Assembly: GCA_028023455.1 (NCBI GenBank)
Contig: JAQFVV010000006.1
Coordinates: 13,268,001 to 13,332,000, forward strand
Source of the DNA: Epiperipatus broadwayi
Taxonomy: Eukaryota; Animalia; Onychophora
DNA: 64,000 bases
Direction: 5' to 3'
Shown: positions 51,771 through 64,000 of the stretch, piece after piece
Layout of the letters: each line of letters starts with the position of its first letter
How positions within the stretch are numbered: the first letter of the stretch is position 1
Position numbers and translations under genes: made by a program
The notes under the pieces: model-generated
Database searches by the model: none
Told to the model about the DNA's origin: nothing
What the model saw: the letters and a program-made list of their open reading frames with translations, nothing else

Positions 51771-52740
51771 CTGTGTGTGTGTGCGTGCATGTATTTATTT
51801 GCGTGTTAAAAATCTGCAAATAAGTTTAATGTCTCTAAAGAGTCACCAAAGAATTGGTATAAATTTGGAACACATTCATTCTGCAGTGTATTAGTAGTAA
51901 TTGAAAATTTTGACATATATATATGTGTGGATGTGACTGTGTGTTAAAGATATGATAAGAAAAAGTTTAATCTCCCTAAACTCCAGAGCAATTGATTTAA
52001 ACTTGAAGAAAAACTTTAAAAGCCCTTCATTCTGCAGTGGATTGATGTAATGATTAAAAATGGTAACATATATATGAGTGCGTGTGAATGTGTTTGTTTG
52101 TTTGTTAAAAACCTGTAAAAAAAAATAATTAATACTTATAAAGAATCTCCGGGAAAACACGTTTAAACTTAGAAAAAACATCATTCTGCAGTAGATTAGG
52201 AATGATTGGAAATGTTGACATATATGAGTGTGTGTGTCTGTATCTGTTTATGTGTTAAAGATCGGCAAAAAAAAATTTAATGTCTTTAAGGAATCTCGAA
52301 AGAAACTGGTTTAAACTTGGAAAGATTGTCAAGCGTTGGTGGCCGAGTGGTCAGCACAGCCGCCTTACAAGCAATTGTCCCGGGTTTGCGGGTTCGCTTC
52401 CCGGCCGATGCTTTGACACATGGGGGAAAAAAAGAGAAAAAAAAACTTGGAAAGATTATTCTGCAATAGATTCGTAATGATTGAAAATGATAACACGTGT
52501 GTGTGTGCGGATGTGTTTATTTGTGTGTTTCAAGATCTGCAAAAAAAGTGTAATGTCCCTGAAGACTCTCCAGAGAAATTAGTTTAAACTTTGAGAGACC
52601 TTTATTCACCAATGAAGTGGTAATGATTGAAAATGGTAACATATATGTGTGTGTGCGTGCGCGCGTAAGGATGTATTGCTTGTGTTTTGAAGATCTGCAA
52701 AAAAAAAAAAAATGTCCCTTAAGAGTCTCTTGACAAATAT
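51700..52740 (+). repeat. Tandem array (6-7 units, ~130-190 bp) built from the RTE 3' terminus plus (TG)n
   Basis: GTTTAAACTT(A/G)GAA...TTCATTCTGCA(G/A)TG...ATGATTGAAAATG...TGTGTG repeated. Confidence 0.85.
52328..52442 (+). mobile_element. tRNA-Gly-derived SINE, full length, with a 15-bp TSD
   Basis: Acceptor stem GCGTTGG/CCGATGC, A box TGGCCGAGTGG, B box GGTTCGCTTCC, A tail; AAACTTGGAAAGATT at 52313-52327 and 52443-52457. Confidence 0.9.
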
Positions 52741-53904
52741 ATATTTATACACATTATATATAACATGATTAAATATTTTTAGTCTGTTAAGTATTGTATC
52801 TAAGCATTTTCTTATTTTTCAGCTCCTGAGATATAACAAAGACGACTAAAGATAAAGTTTATTTTCTCCAGTCCTGAAAAATGACAGAAGGCTTAAGAGC
52901 TAATGCATAATCCTAGTAAAAGAGATTTTTAAAAATAAAAACATCGTTGATCTTACAAATATATTCTCCGGATTAAAAAGACTGGAGAGAATTAATTTTT
53001 TAGCAGTTTAAAATTAAAAGTGATTATTTAAATAAAAAAAAAACTACTTAAAAAAGTTCCCTAAGCAGGATGGAAGAACGTTGATAATAAATTAATATCA
53101 ATATCAAATTATTCTTAACATTTATACTAAATTGTAAACATTTATAGCTGTAACATTCTTTTGAACATATTGTTGAGTCCTGTTTGTTTTAATAACAGCT
53201 CTTATCAACTGAAATCTTTCAGGGTGGTCCAGTAACTTTTTTAATCTCTTCCCTCCCCTGTGTCATCTCTAATAGGAATTTATCAAATCCTATTTTTCAT
53301 TTTTTAAGTTTTTCCAACAATAAGTCATTAATAACTTCATATTTTTAATCTTTCTATTCACGTGCTGTTTTTTTTCTTCTCCATAGTAAAATATTTTCTC
53401 ATAATATTTATAAATTTATTTTTACGAGTGTAAATAATTAAAAACGACATAGAGCCACATTTGAGTTTTGGAGCTTGTGATATGACGACCAACCTTCCTA
53501 AAATATGAGGGTCATACCAATTGCTATATTTTTGGCGGAGGCACTCTAAAAAATCCTAGATGTGAGGCAATCAACTTAATTTATAACATAATGTATTAAA
53601 ATCATCTACTAGTAACGTGTGTGCGTAGAAAATTTAAATAAAATAAACTATTTATATCTTAATTGGGGAGGGGGGTGCTTCAACATAAAAGACAACATGG
53701 TTTAATTGCTCGGAAGTTCGTAAGAAGTGGAGCAGGGCCGGAGGGGAGGATAATCAGCGCCCTTATACAAAACAGGGATTGCCCCCCCCTCCCTCAAAAA
53801 AATTCTAAGTGATTTTATTCACATTTTAATGTTTTAACTGAAATACAGGCTTATTATATACCTGTATCAATATATGTAATATATAGGGTATATGAGCACA
53901 GATT

Positions 53905-54195
53905 TTCACACGACCCACTACTCACCACTCTATCTTATATCATTAATACACTTGAACACATATATGTTGAATAGATAAATAATCACCAATATACGTATTT
54001 CATGCTAAACCAGCAATCATCAGTTGGTCTAGATTATCATCTCCACACATATATGCAATAAGTGCTCAGATATATATTAAGGTAGCCAATCTTCATACTT
54101 TAATGGACAGGCTTCAATCCACTCCACACTCCAACTCTTCAACCATCTATCCCACCCTGAGGCTGAGATTCTTGTCACACCCATGTTGACCTAAA
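53905..54195 (-). mobile_element. Family B2 copy with an intact HHR core (53981-54034)
   Basis: CCAA CTGATGA TTGCTG GTT TAGCAT GAAA TACGTA TA TTGG; stem III is the perfect palindrome ATACGTAT. Confidence 0.8.
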
Positions 54196-54745
54196 CTTTC
54201 CAATCTTTTATGGAATTGAATTTAGATACAATATCATCAACATTTAGAGTATTGCATATGTCATTCTCTATAGCTATCATTGATAAATTTACTAACCGAT
54301 CTTGTGTCATTATCGAATGTGAATATTTTTTTATGATTTTTAAATTCGAAAATGGTCTGTCTCCACTAGCTATATTTGTAGGAAGAGTTAATAAAATTCT
54401 TATTGTTTTCTCCTTTTAATCCAACCACCCGAAGGGAAACCCCCCACCCGGGACAACCAATTGTTAGGAAGTTGTTCTTACCTCCCCCACCAACAACGCT
54501 GGACTTAATTTTATACTCATATTTGGGAATGAAACGGTCAAATCATTTTTATGAATGTAACTTAGAATATCAAGTAGATCTTTGAATTGAGGTAATTCAC
54601 TTGAAAATAAGTTTTTAAATAGACGTAGTTCTTCATCCAATTCCTCTCCATTTATGTCTTTATTATTATCATTGCCACTCAAATTTGTAGATTGCAACAT
54701 TCTTTATTTGCATATTTCAGCAGAGAATATCTTTACGTTTTTAAT

Positions 54746-54952
54746 ATATATTAAGGCTATAACCTCAAGACTATGCGCCTAAAAGGCAACAGTAGGGACC
54801 TCTACAAATCTTAACACAAGATTAACGACTTTAAAAGACAAGAGCGGCTCTTGTCTCTTGCCTTTTAAAGTTGTTAATCTTGTGTTTAGATTTGTAGAGA
54901 TCCCTACTGTTGCATTTTAGGCACATAGACTTGAGGGTATAGCCTTAATATA
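54746..54952. mobile_element. ~207-bp near-perfect hairpin MITE inserted in the transposase gene
   Basis: TATATTAAGGCTATAACCTCAAGACTATG...ACAAGAG cgg CTCTTGT...CATAGACTTGAGGGTATAGCCTTAATATA. Confidence 0.9.
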
Positions 54953-57900
54953 CATTACTTACGTCATGAGTATGCGTTTTACAAATTATTAATTACATCT
55001 TTGAGTTTTTCTAAATCAGCTTCACCAAATTTATTTATAGTTAGACAAAATTTCAAAGTGTTTGTTGTGGGTTTTCATTTGCATAAATCTCTCATCAAGA
55101 AATGCAATTGTCGTATCCAATATTGTGAAAAAAAAGTTTACTCTGAATTTATCTTCAGGTATTTGGGGTCCATCTCGATGTTCAATAAATTTTACTTTTT
55201 TTCTCACTACATCATTACTTTTGAAATGGGCTTTTTCTTTAAATCTTTACATAGATTTTTAGCTGTTTGAAAGAAGGAACTGTAGCAAAAATCTAGACAG
55301 TAATTAATAAAAAATTGTTTTCGATTTTTAATAGCTTATCAAAGCATGTGAAATATTTGTTTGAGGATTTTGCAACATTTGACTAACAGGATTTATAAAA
55401 TGTAGTACATCATATCATAAAACAAGAGAACAGAAACTGATAATCTTTAATTTTATATATAATATCTGGGCTTCACGTTTACCTTCTTGATCAAAATTGT
55501 CATCAGAGAATATTTCCACCAAAGCATTATATATTTCTCCTGCTTGTCATTTCAGTGGTTGAAGAGCATTTACTCGACTTTCTCATCTAGTAACCAAAAG
55601 TGGATTAAACATTAATGATGTAATGGATTAAAATAGCCCAGGGCTTAACAGATAGCATCAAAAAATTATAAATCACTTGTAAGGTTCCAAAAAAACTTAT
55701 GGTTTCTGAATTTACTTTTGCCGCATCATTAACTACTAAATTTAAACTATGAGCTGCGCATGGTACAAAAAAAGCTCTGGGATTTTGATTTAAAATTAAG
55801 TTTTGCAGTATCTTTCCTTTCATATTATCCCCATCATCATATCTTTGGCCTTTTATATTTTGTATATCTAAATTCCAATTTAGCAGCTTGTTAATTATTA
55901 CATTATATAAATTTTCACCTGTGGAATTCTCAATTGCCAAAAACCCCCAACAATACTCTTCAATAGATACTCTTTCATTGCAGGAAACATATCTAATAAC
56001 TGTCATTTGTCCAGTGTGACTTCTATCTGGAGTACAACCTAATATAATAAAAAAATACTTAGCCAATCTAATAGATTACAAAATTTTATCTGTGATAGCA
56101 TTACTTAGCAATTGAATAATTTTATTTTGTATGTCTTTGCTCAAGTAATTGCTCTTATATTTAAATTTTAGTATTCTATTTATGTGAGTCTCCATAATTG
56201 AATCAAATTTAGTGAACAATTCAATTTCAAAAAATTACCATTATTTTTTTCATATAGTTATCTGAAGTACGGTGTGGAGGTAAACATTGTGAATCAAGAT
56301 ATTTTATTGTTTCAATTTTTCTTACACGTACATTTGATCAATGTTTTTTGTCCAATTGCATAAGTTTTTGATTTTCTGCATCAATAGTCTTATTGTCTGT
56401 CAGTCAGGTTATTAATCCATACCACATTTGACCACGTGTTATGTGAATAATATTTTTTTGATATGTGAAGTGTGTGAGATAAATTTATCCATTGATTATA
56501 ACCATGTGATACAAAATTTGATGCAGAGTCTTTATGATTCGTTGGACAAAATAATTGAAGAAAAGCAGAAAACGCTATTTTTTGAATGTAAATAAATTAA
56601 CCATGATCTATATACTAATTCACTCTTTTCTTTTTTTTTATAATACCCATTACTAAATTTTCTACCATCAGAATTCTGAGGATAGAATATGTCCTTCTTA
56701 TAGATAGGTCCACATTCAACCAAAGTAGGTCGAAGTTTATGCTAGATTTTCCAGTTCATCAATTGAAAAATTTTGGTAATCTTCATTGAAATCTTTATTT
56801 GACTGTTTTTCATTAAAATTTTCTATTGGCTGTTCTTCATCAGAATTTTCATTGGGCTTTTCTACATTAAAAACTTGAGTTGGTTGTTCTTTTTCCAAAA
56901 CCTAATCTTCAGCAACAGATGAACTTTGTCCATATTCATTTCACAAATCCTCTTCATCTGAAGGTTTAAATTTTTTTATAAAGTCATAAAGTGCTCCAGA
57001 TTGCTTTTGTAATAATTTTTCTTTCGTAGCCTTTCTTTTTCTCTTTTTAACCGGACAATTTTTTGCTCCCTTTGATATTATTATATCTAAGAAAGAAGAA
57101 GGAAATTAATTATTTATTAAAATATTATATTTAAAATTCTACCCTTATATTTTTTATATCAATTTATTTATTGTAAAAGAATCACTGATTGATATAAATT
57201 TGTGTATCAAATGGTATTTAATTTTAAATAATATATGCATATATATTTGTGGTATAGGTTTATTTAATACTCAGCTATGTTATTAAAAGTTCATTAGGAT
57301 AACATTTTTCTTCTTATAATATCATGCTCTATCAATTTAGTACTCCTTTAACTTCAAGAAGGAATTCATACATTATAGAGATCAGAGGTTGCAGCACGTC
57401 ATAAAAAATAACCATTTGACCTTTTAGCTTCTAGCTCTCCCACCTAATCCTAATCTTAACTATAAATACATCTCATAATATTGATTATTAGCATATAGCT
57501 CAATTCACTGATTACAGAAATTATTAATAAATTTTTGTGAAAGAAACCAGCACTCTATATAGAACAATTACTGAACTTACTTTGACATGCATATGAATCT
57601 TCAGGTTACAATCCATATTTTTGTAATGTTATCAGGTACTGCTACATTGTAGTGCATTGATATACATTGTAACTGACAAAATGATGAGCATAACCTACAC
57701 CAATTTAGCTATCAAAACCTTTGCTTAATTTATACTATGCAGATAATCATTATAATGAGACTCTATTGTAAACAGAACAATTAAATATATAAGAAAACAC
57801 TATAAATGTGAATTAATAAATAATAATATCTCAGGGTTATGAAATTCGGATATAATTATATTATTTGCAAATAAAAATAAATAAGTCTAATAATACTTAT

Positions 57901-58044
57901 ATGTTCGGTCAACCATATACCAAATTGCAAGTTACCTCAGGGTTTAAAATATTTAAGTAGATTAAATAAGACTTTTAAAATTTTAATCTTTAACTTAAAA
58001 AGTCTTTATTGTGGATATGGATAAATAAGGGCATGTTATTGTAT

Positions 58045-58152
58045 TTTTTTTCCATATATCAGAGCATCGGCTGGGAAGCGAACCCACAATAACTGTCTGC
58101 AAGCAACTGCTTGCAAGACAGCTGCGCTGACCTCTTGGCTACCAATGCTTGA
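58045..58152 (-). mobile_element. tRNA-Gly-derived SINE
   Basis: Reverse complement: GTCAAGCATTGGTAGCCAAGAGGTCAGCGCAGCTG...GGGTTCGCTTCCCAGCCGATGCTCTGA plus an A tail. Confidence 0.8.
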
Positions 58153-58974
58153 CCATTTTATTGTATTTAAATCATATCTTGATGAACTAAGCATTAATAT
58201 TTATACTGTGTGTGAATATTAACAATAAATATAAATAATGTTACTACTACAACAATATACCTTTAATATACAAATTAAGAAGCGTATGAAACACTTGAAT
58301 GAGAAGCTATAAAGATTCCAAAAATTATTATTTGCTAAGCGCTTTCAAGGCCATTTGCCTCATATTCATAGCGGTAATACGAGATGCAGAATGAGGAAAT
58401 AGGGCAAGGCAACAAAGCGGTATGCAAAGCGTATGCAAATGAACCTTTAAATAAACACATTCTAATAATACCATGTGACCATATTTATTTATTAATTAAT
58501 TTAAATAATAAAAGATGAAAATCAGGTAATTTAATACATATAAATAAATATATAAAAATAAAATATAATAATAAATTAAGTTCCCAATACTTAAGAGATA
58601 AATAATTTCTAGCGATTTTAATTGTGGTACCTTGATCCTGATTTCTCCTATATTGATATCTGTACAGGTGTAACCTCTACATGTTGCAGGTCAAAATAAG
58701 TCATTAAAGAAGGTTATAATGCCAAGGATAAAGAAAACAAGTAATAATAATTACATATAAAGAAGTGAAAATAATGTTTCTTCTGATCCTTAGATACACT
58801 AGTCTAATCTAATCAATCTCTTAACTAGATATCATGCTGATATAAGTCTTAGTTACTTCTTAAAATACAAAACATTTACCTTATTATAGTATAATCATCT
58901 AAAGATGTGTTATTATCTTGCCTAGCTTCCACAGGTACTTACATAAGATGCTTATCTAAGCAACTATATTATTA

Positions 58975-59295
58975 AAATGGGCAAAACTCTCTATACATAT
59001 TGCCACTCAGTGCAAGCCTGAGTAATCAATAGACTGTCAGAAGGCATGTGCATAAAATCCCCATCTAGTGCCTACTCATCCAATATCCCCAGACTAGTTT
59101 CTGGCTTGTGGCCTTCTTCAGTGAGGAGCTTTGGATCTGATAGCACTGCACCTAGATCTTAAGTTCTAATGCACAAGCCTTCTGGCATCCATTGATTACT
59201 CTGGCTTGCACTGAGTGGCAATACATATAGAGTTTTTCCTGTTTTAACAACAGTTATAAGCAAGCATAAAAAATGGTGATCATGTGATGTTTATT
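58975..59295. mobile_element. Family A locus A-7, inverted pair; intact HHR on the minus strand (59078-59138)
   Basis: Minus: GATCCAA AGCT CCTCA CTGAAGA AGGC CACAA GCCA GAAA CTAG TC TGGGG ATA TTGGAT. Confidence 0.9.
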
Positions 59296-60003
59296 GGCTT
59301 ACAACTATATTATATAGTCTATATATAATAAGTAAAGCAAATATATTTTTGTTGTATTATATATATATTGTAGAAATAAATGGAATTTTCTATTTGTTAT
59401 ATATTAATACATAATTTCTCACTAAAAGAAAAGAGAATGAGTATTACAAAAAAGCAAAAGAATAAGAAAAAGAGCTAGTTTTATTAAACATTGTCAAAAG
59501 ATTCAACATGTATAGAAGAGCATGGTTTGGAAAGAGGATTTCCTGGAGAAATTCATGCATATGTAAACATTTATAATAAATAAATGTACATAAAAACTAA
59601 TTTGTTAGTCAAATAAATTCTATTATATAAACTTATGCTTGCAGGGATTATTTATTAAAATATTTGTTATCTATTAATATCAATACACAGCACCTTTATG
59701 ATCTAAAATTCACTTAAAGTATATAAGAGTTTCAATTATTTTTATTAAAATCTTTAAGAATGTTTTTTCTTAAAAACATGATTGAAAAGCTTAGGCACTT
59801 TAATTGTAAAACTGCAGAGGTGTGAAAAAAACTAATCCAGATAGAACAATAAATGATGGTGAAATTTTATCTTTTGAATTAATCCATTAACATAAACATA
59901 CCCCCCTTCCATTTTTAAAGATGCTATGGGAATAATTAGTATTTTGTGAGAAGTGAAATTTCTAATTTTAGTCATTTCTTAGAAAAAAATTTATAAAGAG
60001 TAA

Positions 60004-60075
60004 GCGCTGGTGGCCTAGCAGTTAGCGTAGCTGCCTTCCAAGCAGCTGGCCCAGATTCATTTCCCGGTCAACGTT
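60004..60075 (+). pseudogene. tRNA-Gly(TCC) pseudogene / ancestral form of the Gly-SINE
   Basis: GCGCTGGTGGCCTAGCAGTTAGCGTAGCTGCCTTCCAAGCAGCTGGCCCAGATTCATTTCCCGGTCAACG is colinear with metazoan tRNA-Gly-TCC; the B box is damaged; followed by TTTTGAC and an A tail. Confidence 0.8.
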
Positions 60076-61599
60076 TTGACAAATTAAAAAAAAGACTAAG
60101 TCCATTAATTTTAAAACTGGTTTATCAAAATGCGGGTGTTTAGGTAATAATTTTTTTAATACAGTACTCATATTTATTTAACTGATGACTTCTGAAATTT
60201 TCCATTTCAACATCTTACTTGTGAGGTATGCAACATAACATTTTTAAACATTTAAATAAAATATTATACTTTAATAAAATTAAATGTACAAATCACAATA
60301 TTAGAATAAATATTTATATTACAGGTATTAAGATAAATGATTTTTATTATTATTTGACATTCTCCCAATAATTGAGAATTTATTTTAAATTTAAAATAAT
60401 TCTACCTAAATAAGTTAATTGGTACTTCTTTATATTCAAATATATCAGAGAAACATAAACATTCATACTCACACCCACACATCATTATTGCGAACACTAA
60501 TTTTGCTTTAACTGAATTCTATTTTAACTAATTTATCCACCTATGTACAATATTATGCATTTTATTAGCATATTGCCCTTTTGTTTTTTTGTGTGCATTT
60601 GTTTTTTAAAACTAAACCAAAATTGCTACAAGAATTTCAAATGCGGTAAAAATATTGGAAGACATCTTGGATTTTAATTTTGTAGGATACAGTAAATTTA
60701 AGATAGTATTTTTATAATAAACCAATAAAAAATTTTGATTATGTTTATTATTATTATTTTACAAATACCAAATAACCATCACAATATATATAAATGACAG
60801 GGATATTAATAGTAAAATGGACTGTTCCATTTCTGCATCACATAGCGATGTGACTTGAAATATGCATCGTTTAAACCCAGTGTAAGAATATCCTGAGAGG
60901 AATACAAACTGCAGAAAATTATAAGTGACCAATCATATTTCAAAAAGTGATTATTTATTTTAATATGTTTATTTTTTTTATTTTGTAGAAATATTGAATC
61001 AAGTAGCATTAAATAATATTCATAATAGAACGAAAATAAATATATTCTTAATTCTGCATCATTTCCATGCCCTCTTGTATCGGCACTCTCTTGCCTTGGT
61101 TACCACCTTTCTCCAGCCCTAAGTGTGAGCACCAGGACTATGAGTACCAGAATCAATCCTGAGACCTCCCAATCCCAAATTGGACACTCTATCAATTGTG
61201 CCGATGTATAAGATGTATAGTTAAAGTGAGCAGCCAGGAAAGAGACTGAATTGAAACAAAAGCACTAATCTAGTCTGTTTAGTCACACGTGTAGAACATA
61301 TAGTAGTAAAAAATGGATACATTTCTGAATATGCATTGATTTTATCTTGGGTTTTTATGTTTTAATGGTGTCTGTTTTTCGATTTTAAAAATTTCATCAG
61401 CCTATTTTTAAACTAATGAATATTTAAACTAAAAATGATATAAGACTATGTTTTGATGTTATGACCACATTTCTCCGTTTTTATTCTAGTGCTATTTATT
61501 GTAATCTTCAATCTAGTGTTAATCTGCTTCTGTAGTTACAGAGTTCATTGATGATTTAATATTGGTTTGGTACTGGAGAGGAGAGATAGAGGGCACCAC

Positions 61600-61825
61600 T
61601 CCCTAATAAGATATAAGTGGATTGTTGGTTTTTATGCTGGGTTTGGGAAAAGATAAGAGGGATTTAGATATAAAGACCATAGAGTTGACAAAGATTACGT
61701 TGTGGAAATGAAATCTAGAGTGGGGAATGGAAGATAAAGTGACTAACAGGTTTCTCTGGGCATGGTTGCTGAGAGATTCCTGATTTCATTTAAGGAGAAG
61801 TCACAGTACCTCACATCACAGAGAA
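61600..61825 (+). mobile_element. 3' end of the CCHC-type LINE family
   Basis: GGGTTTGGGAAAAGATAAGAGGGATTTAGA...GGAGAAGTCACAGTACCTCACATCACA. Confidence 0.8.
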
Positions 61826-61950
61826 GACATGAATACATACTCCGAATATTTACGATTTTTGCTGTTAAGAATGAGTTCTCATATTTTAAAAACAATATAT
61901 TTTATTATTCTTAGCTGTTAAATATTTTCTTGTTGATAAATGATCTAAGA

Positions 61951-62585
61951 CAGTGATGTGGAACCTTTTTAAACTTCTGTCCCCCATACTCAGACTGAAA
62001 TTTTACGCAATCCATTATATTATGTTACCAGTCGTATTATAAGCATATTATGATAGTAATACTAAAAGTCATTTTACCATGTACAAATATGTCTTTATAT
62101 CATATTTCAGTATATATGATTTGATATAAGATCTTTGAAAAAACCTGCATATTAACAAAAATTGTATAATAATACTTAGTTTTTAGTAGATCTATCGATT
62201 TGTAGCAAGTATAACTTTTTTATCCTGTTTTAGAAAATGAATATATTCAAGAGCATAGTATCACATATCAACATTAGAAGGATACTAAAATAAAAAACAA
62301 AACTGAGAGTGAACAAGAGAAATGAGGGCAATATAAGCGAAGTGTCATTATGATGTGCTGTTTATATAAAGTGGATTGCAATAGAAAGAAGAAAATGTTT
62401 AAACCCCAAAAATGATAAGAAACACAATAATGAGTTGAGCAGTTTCGTGTGTTTTTTAATATTGTTTAGGTTTTTACAATTAAAAATTTATTATCCAATA
62501 TGAGAACTTTTCAAAATTTTCACGACCCGCAATAATTTTTCTATGAAACCTTGATGGGTCCTGACTCACAGGTTGCATACCACTG
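61951..62585. mobile_element. Non-autonomous Buster/Charlie-type hAT MITE, 635 bp
   Basis: TIRs CAGTGATGTGGAACCT / AGGTTGCATACCACTG; TSD ATCTAAGA / ATCTACGA. Confidence 0.85.
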
Positions 62586-64000
62586 ATCTACGAGAACAAA
62601 CCTTCAACAATTTTAAAATCGAATGTTGTTTTTATTGTTAGAATCTTAGTTCTTTTGTATAGTGCAGTTTAATCTTGATTCCAGACAGTTTTCTGCATTT
62701 TGTTTCCATCATTGTGAGCTTGAGATTTAAAGTGAAAATAGATGGCGCTAGAGTAGGGAAACTATGCCTTGTTCTTTGTAGTAAACAAACAATTGGGGTA
62801 TATAGAAGTAGTAATAAACATTTAATCAAAGAGCCAATAGCATTTTTTTTACAAAAATTAATGGTAAAATATTGCTGTTTTCTTGATAACCTGAGTACAG
62901 TACTAAGACATATAAAGTATATTTGGTTTTCTACATTGATTTTATATTTTATTTTCTGTTATAGTGCATTATTTATATGTTAATATTACAAGATATTTTG
63001 TAATTCGACATATGAGTGGAAAAAATCCAGATATCTCAAAATTCGCTAATAAAGAATTAGTCCTCCTACCTTCCCCTTTCAAACCCTAAAAGTAAAATAT
63101 AGCCCAAAGTACAACTTGCTTCAATTTATCAATTACGTTTTTTAAGATTACAAAACCAAAATTACAATTTCTCCCTTTTTGTAAGTATTTCCTATCAAAA
63201 TTTCTCACAGCTCCAATTATAGGAGCCCACACAACTAAACACCCTTAGGATGAGGTGGTAATGCATTTGCCCTGCCATGTTTATGATCTGATTTCAAATT
63301 CAGGTTTCAATCAGGATTATAATTTTCCTCAGGTAGTAAATCTGGCTAACCATCTAATATTGGTTGGTTAATTGGAATCTCATTCTTAATTTAAATGGTT
63401 TATTGCTCAGTGGTTTATAAGTTTGAACATCAGAGGTAATAGAGCTGGGCCACAACCCAAGGACCTTACACTCTAAAGTCTGTCACTTCATCACTGCACC
63501 AAACTATGCAGGCAGAGTATTTTTAATTAGAGCTGGGTGATTACTAAGCTTGAAGAATAATATCCTTTTTCTTCACTATTTGTCTAAATCGGTGGGAGAT
63601 AATAATTGGAAAGGCTTTTGCCATACATTGGGTTATTTAAAAGTTTTTTTCACCTATAGCTAACAATATTAAAATCAAGAACAATATTTTTCTATATAGC
63701 ATTCATAAGACTTTTCTTTTTCAGAATATTATTGGAAAAAGAAAAATCTTATGAATGCTATTTCTTTAATACTGTTTGCCTGAAGATTTGTGGTGTTGGC
63801 ATTTCAATTGTACTTATATGTAGGACTATTCTGCTTTTGGCAGGGTAGCTCAGTTGGTTGAGGGTTACAAAGGTACAGTTTCAATCCCCATATTAATAAT
63901 GTCATTAGTCAAGCTAGCTGCACCTGAAGAAAAGGGGAGAATAATATCACTAAAAATGTTGTGTATACACTAACTTGTATGCTATTACTAACAGTTGCAT

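Larger units (their letters stand above)
53733..57090 (-). mobile_element. Decayed hAT Tip100/ZMYM1-like transposon
   Basis: TIR-like CAGGGCCGGA at 53733; ORFs with RSWLIY...VFCF, KYFFIILGCTPDRSH...FVPCAAHSLNLVVNDA, and the C-terminal RILLTLPTNIASGERPFSNLK dimerisation domain. Confidence 0.9.

Noticed and set aside
60004-60075. Functional tRNA-Gly(TCC) gene
   Set aside because: The D-loop GG and the T-loop/B box are mutated, and it carries the SINE-type trailer and A tail.
60806-60890. Candidate terminal exon DILTLGLNDAYFKSHRYVMQKWNSPFYY on the minus strand
   Set aside because: No recognisable homology; it could be chance.
62740-62760. CTCF-like core TAGATGGCGC, with related motifs at ~8183 and in the Helitron
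   Set aside because: The motif is short and common in invertebrate transposons; it cannot be supported from sequence alone.

Overview
AT-rich, CpG-depleted eukaryotic DNA, probably from an invertebrate animal (inference). Almost all of the window is repeats. I could not identify an intact host protein-coding gene, and the supplied ORFs are transposon remnants or low-complexity artefacts. The main signal is a dense set of non-coding repeats carrying type I minimal hammerhead ribozymes (HHR). Family A has a ~455 bp monomer and several age classes; families B1 (~350 bp) and B2 (~460-500 bp) share one HHR module. These look like non-LTR retrozymes or non-autonomous Penelope-like elements (PLE). 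Most loci are built as head-to-head inverted duplications with variable inner junctions and, in family A, a reproducible asymmetry of the outer ends. Two decayed PLE GIY-YIG remnants with their own HHR-like motifs and inversions are candidate autonomous partners. Also present: a fragmented near-full-length RTE LINE (20.5-27.5 kb) with nested insertions, further RTE fragments, a second LINE family with a CCHC C-terminus, three hAT transposase remnants (Buster/Charlie- and Tip100-like), a hAT MITE, a non-autonomous Helitron, a tRNA-Gly-derived SINE, other tRNA-like SINEs, fold-back MITEs, micro/minisatellites, a pre-miRNA-like hairpin and several CpG-retaining islands.
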